Source of the DNA: Neodothiora populina
Taxonomy: Eukaryota
Assembly (NCBI RefSeq): GCF_041146345.1
Contig: NW_027191409.1
Coordinates: forward strand, 1-64,000
Direction: 5' to 3'
DNA length: 64,000 bases
Shown here: piece by piece, positions 60,257 to 64,000 of the stretch
Position numbering within the stretch: position 1 is the stretch's first letter
Layout: each line of letters starts with the position of its first letter
Notes under the pieces: model-generated
Seen by the model: the letters and a program-made list of their open reading frames with translations, nothing else
The model's database searches: none
Told to the model about the DNA's origin: nothing
Made by a program: the position numbers and the translations under genes

Positions 60257-61306
60257 ATGCCCATGATGGCTTCAACCATATCCCGGCTGCCGTCCACCAA
60301 CAGTTCTGGTCCGGTACCACAACTGAAAATATCACCTCAGGTCCAAGCAGATCTCCAACACCTGTCTGATCTGTCGCACCTTCTACATCACAGAAACAGG
60401 AACCAGCATCGACGGTCAGCGTGGTATCGACACTTCTCCATTTTCCGGCGCCATGTAGCCATTCTCTTGTCTTACCTTTCTGTTCTCGCCGAGCAACCTA
60501 CGACGCATCTTGGCAAGCATCGCAAGAAGGTCACTGACGCCAAAGTGCAAGCGCAGATCCAGGCTGAATTGGAGTTCTGGCGAGATGTCCTAATGCCCAA
60601 ATGGCATTTTGCCTTCTCTCAAGTCGTGGCGGACGGGCGCTTCGCCGTCATCGGGGTCGTCCTCCTGGCCATGTTGGCACAGGTGGCGAGAGCAGTAGGA
60701 CTTGTGGGCGCATATGAAGCTATAGGTGAGGAGGAAGTCCGTCGTGTACTGGAACAATTTGCGCAGGAGCAGTGGGCTCGGGATGAAAAGGGGCGTGGTG
60801 CAGCCTCAGCCCATGACCATGACCAAGGCGTCAGACTACGCAGGAACGACGACCCGGAAGCTGATGAAGACTTCGGCGAGGCCTTGAAAAGGACCGTCAG
60901 CGACGATGATGATTCCACCGATAATGTTGGCAATGCGAAAGCGCTCGAGAGGGAGATGCGACAAGGGGCTAGCAGTAGCTGTATGGCCCCGGAACAAGAC
61001 ATCCTGAGCAAAAGTCGCGACGCTATGAATCCTTCACGGGCGCATTCTTCACCACCGTCAACGAAAGACGATCTATCGGGTGCATTTCCTTCTGCATCCT
61101 CTCGAGACAAGAAGAAAGTCCTGAAGAAAAGGATCGAAGAAAGTGAAACACAGAAACTCACAGACAGGGAGACTGAGGTCGGAAGCCTGGTCAAGACAGA
61201 CAAGAAAAGAAAGCCCAAGGACAGAATTCCGCCGTCTTCGTCTTCTAAACCAGTAAAGAAGAAAAAGAAGAAGAATGCAATTGATGATCTGTTTAGTGGT
61301 CTCTGA
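60257..61306 (+). CDS. RMP1: RNase MRP subunit Rmp1-like
   Basis: LHHRNRNQHRRSAWYRHF, AFSQVVADGRFAVIGVVLLA and a Lys-rich tail ending AIDDLFSGL. Confidence 0.85.
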   Translation: MPMMASTISRLPSTNSSGPVPQLKISPQVQADLQHLSDLSHLLHHRNRNQHRRSAWYRHFSIFRRHVAILLSYLSVLAEQPTTHLGKHRKKVTDAKVQAQIQAELEFWRDVLMPKWHFAFSQVVADGRFAVIGVVLLAMLAQVARAVGLVGAYEAIGEEEVRRVLEQFAQEQWARDEKGRGAASAHDHDQGVRLRRNDDPEADEDFGEALKRTVSDDDDSTDNVGNAKALEREMRQGASSSCMAPEQDILSKSRDAMNPSRAHSSPPSTKDDLSGAFPSASSRDKKKVLKKRIEESETQKLTDRETEVGSLVKTDKKRKPKDRIPPSSSSKPVKKKKKKNAIDDLFSGL

Positions 61307-61732
61307 ACCCACGGTCTGACACTGAGACTGTCTTTGGACCGATGCTTCGACGCCCTTGGCACCTGCCTTGTGGTGCACGCCTGCCTTGATAGTCGTCACT
61401 TGGACCGCCATAATGACTTTGCCAACCTCATCTCGACTTTCACTTACATCTACACAACACAAAGCACTCCCTACCTAAAGATAGCAAATGACGAAAGACA
61501 CTTCTTCGGCATCAGCACACCTCTAATAAAGGTATATCGAAACACTACGCTGTGCGTTCCACTTGCATGGTAGGTCTATCTACTCTCTCAACTTAGCCCT
61601 TGTTGTCGTTCCTTGAACGCTGCTTCTATAGAATCGCTTCCCCTGTGGCGGCATCATATCTTAAGCATTGCATTCATCAGTACTATCGCTTTGATAAAGT
61701 TGCGTACTGACATGGTCTACAGCAAACCGGCC

Positions 61733-62038
61733 ATGTCTAAATACATAGCCGCAGGTCGCGCCGCTATCAAGTTCGGTCGCGAAATTCATGCTGGCAAACA
61801 CCCTAATGCGCTTCTCTGCATCAAGGCCTCTGCTGTCACCGCTGGTGTGTATACCTTCATCCTTGGCTGTGCCATCTACGGCATGCATCGCAGAATTCAC
61901 GATGGCACAATCAAGACTTTCATGTGCGTCCCCCCTATCCCTGAGGTTGCGGCCAAGCGTGCAGCTTTCAAGAAGTACTGCAAGGACAACCGTTGTAAGT
62001 TTGTCCATTTTCATCACAATCTCTTCGTCCCTTCTTAG
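61733..62038 (+). CDS. Possible small orphan membrane protein (3' end uncertain)
   Basis: Coding-like codon usage and one hydrophobic segment (AVTAGVYTFILGCAIY). An upstream branch/acceptor CTGAC..TACAG precedes it, and there is a possible donor GTAAGT at ~61995. Confidence 0.35.
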   Translation: MSKYIAAGRAAIKFGREIHAGKHPNALLCIKASAVTAGVYTFILGCAIYGMHRRIHDGTIKTFMCVPPIPEVAAKRAAFKKYCKDNRCKFVHFHHNLFVPS

Positions 62039-62681
62039 TTGAAGCTGCTTTCGGCGCCGGAAAATTGAGGTCATGACCACGAGAGGACGAGAGAAAGCCC
62101 AGCCTCGCATTACGACTTGTGTCGCGAGCGGGCTCCTTTCCTATGCCTAAGTAGAGAGAGTAGAAGTGATCGAACGACTGATACATTCCATAGCCATCAT
62201 CATGCCCGGCTTCCAGTGTGGTTGAACCATCCACGAGGGAACCTCAGCATACGGAGTGGGAGAAAACTGCATTTCTGAAGAATCCCAGCGAACAGGGAGG
62301 TGAGAGCTGTACATGGGCCTCTATTGGAGGTTTACACACTATGGGTCGGGGAACCTGGGCAAGTTTAGCTCATGATATGAAGCAGTGCCGGACACATGCT
62401 TCGGAGGATATTCCATAACGCTCACAGATATCGCAAGGCGAAGAGGGGTGATGAGCGCAGAAATGAAAAGTACCATCAAACCTGATCCACAGCTGACAAA
62501 ACACGCGCATCCAGCCTCAGTGAGTGTGCACGAGACGTGGCTATCTGCAAGCTCTCAAGCTCTAGACGTTCGATTGAGATGGAAAGTCATACGATTACAA
62601 ACAACTTTTAGCGAGTACGACTACTCCACACTCGAATCCATCTATCGCAATTCTGATGTCCGGTCTCACCACCTCTTCCAA

Positions 62682-64000
62682 TCATCTCCTACCTAACCTG
62701 TACAACACACTGCCCAAAGCGATATTGATGATCAAATGCCACGCGAGCCCCCAAGCCATAGCATACAGATACTTGGGACTAAAGACAGTCCAGATGAACA
62801 AATGCGTCCTCAACGCCGTGCAAGCCGCCATGACAGCGACCAAGCCGGCGCAAACAAAGATGGTCAATGTAGCGAGGTGATCCGCCCACAGACCCTTCTT
62901 GTCCATTTCCCTCTGTTCAATCTCTGCCCGTCTCGCAGAAGAAGAGGCAGAAGGCGGCTGGACGGACTGCTGCGCGAGATGATTCCTCTCCATCTCGATC
63001 CACTTCTTTCTCCTCTCCATCTTGATCCTCGCCTCTTTTTCCTCCGCAGTCTCGTTTTTGAGCATTGCTCTCACGACAGCATCATCGTCTTCCAGATCGT
63101 CGTAGTCGTCGGCGGCATCGCCGTCCCTGAGCCTCTGGATCAGCATGACCGAGCCTAGACTCCACCATATCGGTCCCGCCCAGTTGGAGCAGAAGAGAAG
63201 GACTCCGACTGCCAGCACGTTGTAGCCTGATATGCCGTTGTAGGCGTTGCCGAGATCGATGCTGCTTATTGCGTTGGACCCGCCGAGAGCAAAGTAGGAT
63301 GTGTGTGCCATTAGGAGGATCGAAAGTGTTGCCGGGAGAACAGAGGGGATCGGGGCAGCGGTGGTATAAAATTTGCCAGTGATGGTCGAAGGAGAGGCTT
63401 GCGAAGACGGCAGTGCTCCGCGGTCATGACTGCTGCTTTTAGTCTGTGCCAGAGCAGGTTCTTGAGATGTCAGGGTTGTATCGCTTTCTTCGATTGCAGA
63501 AGAGCTCGGAGGAGCCAACAGGTACTTGAGAAGCTGAAGCTGGATCTCAAAAATGAGGTACAGCGGTATGTTTTGTGCACGGGTCTGCGTCATCAGGAAG
63601 ACAGTCAGAAGATCATGCAGACGCTGAGGAAGAGGCACAACTACCACACGCATTCCCCGTTAGCATTGGTCTATCAAAAGAGTACACAAATTCGATGCAG
63701 ACTTACTTCTTTGGTTATCATCATCATCGCTGAGCCATTTCTCCCGAAGATGCATAAGCAAGATGATGGCGACGACAGCCACACCCATGCCTGAGAACGT
63801 CGCTCGAGCTTGCGACACCAGGTCCCATTGCGCAGTGTAATCTCTGAAACCCTGAGCCAAGTCCTGAATAAGCTCCGGAGCGTCCGCCTGGGTGAAGTTG
63901 AGTTTGAAAATCAGACTCGGCACCGTCAGACTAAGAGAAGTCATAACGGCGAGCTCTGGAGAGGCCATTTTCGAAAAAGTGCGACGAGCAAAACGGTACG
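62682..64000 (-). CDS. GPI7: GPI ethanolamine phosphate transferase 2 (PIG-G/Gpi7/Las21), 3' part
   Basis: YFALGGSNAISSIDLGNAYNG, SNWAGPIWW and ACTALRTHLFIWTVFSPKYLY. Intron ~63641-63705; the gene runs off the window end. Confidence 0.92.

Overview
Left end of a filamentous-ascomycete (Pezizomycotina) chromosome. The evidence is a (CCCTAA)n telomere, short GT-AG introns with CTRAC branch sites and RIP-like C>T/G>A decay. The telomere (1-80) is joined directly to the middle of the reverse-transcriptase domain of a truncated Ty3/Gypsy chromovirus (81-3340). That element carries two solo-LTR insertions and a decayed antisense ORF with a GAL4-type Zn(II)2Cys6 motif. A subtelomeric accessory-type block (~4.3-34 kb) follows, rich in detoxification and transport genes: GFA, a kinase pseudogene, an MFS sugar porter, a head-to-head pair of epoxide-hydrolase-type genes, an amino-acid permease, a PGAP4-like glycosyltransferase, a Pca1-like heavy-metal ATPase, a secreted Cys-repeat protein, an M20 amidohydrolase, a sulfite-oxidase-family enzyme and DUF1772. 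From ~36 kb the genes are mostly conserved housekeeping ones: cyp8/PPIL2, a Git1-like MFS transporter, a Sec2p-domain protein, a PI-PLC-like enzyme, a GPI/PIR cell-wall protein, MFAP1, Pmp3, an acyl-CoA ligase with a poly-G frameshift, Rmp1 and the 3' part of GPI7. All product calls come from motif recognition by eye, not database searches. Exon boundaries were read manually.
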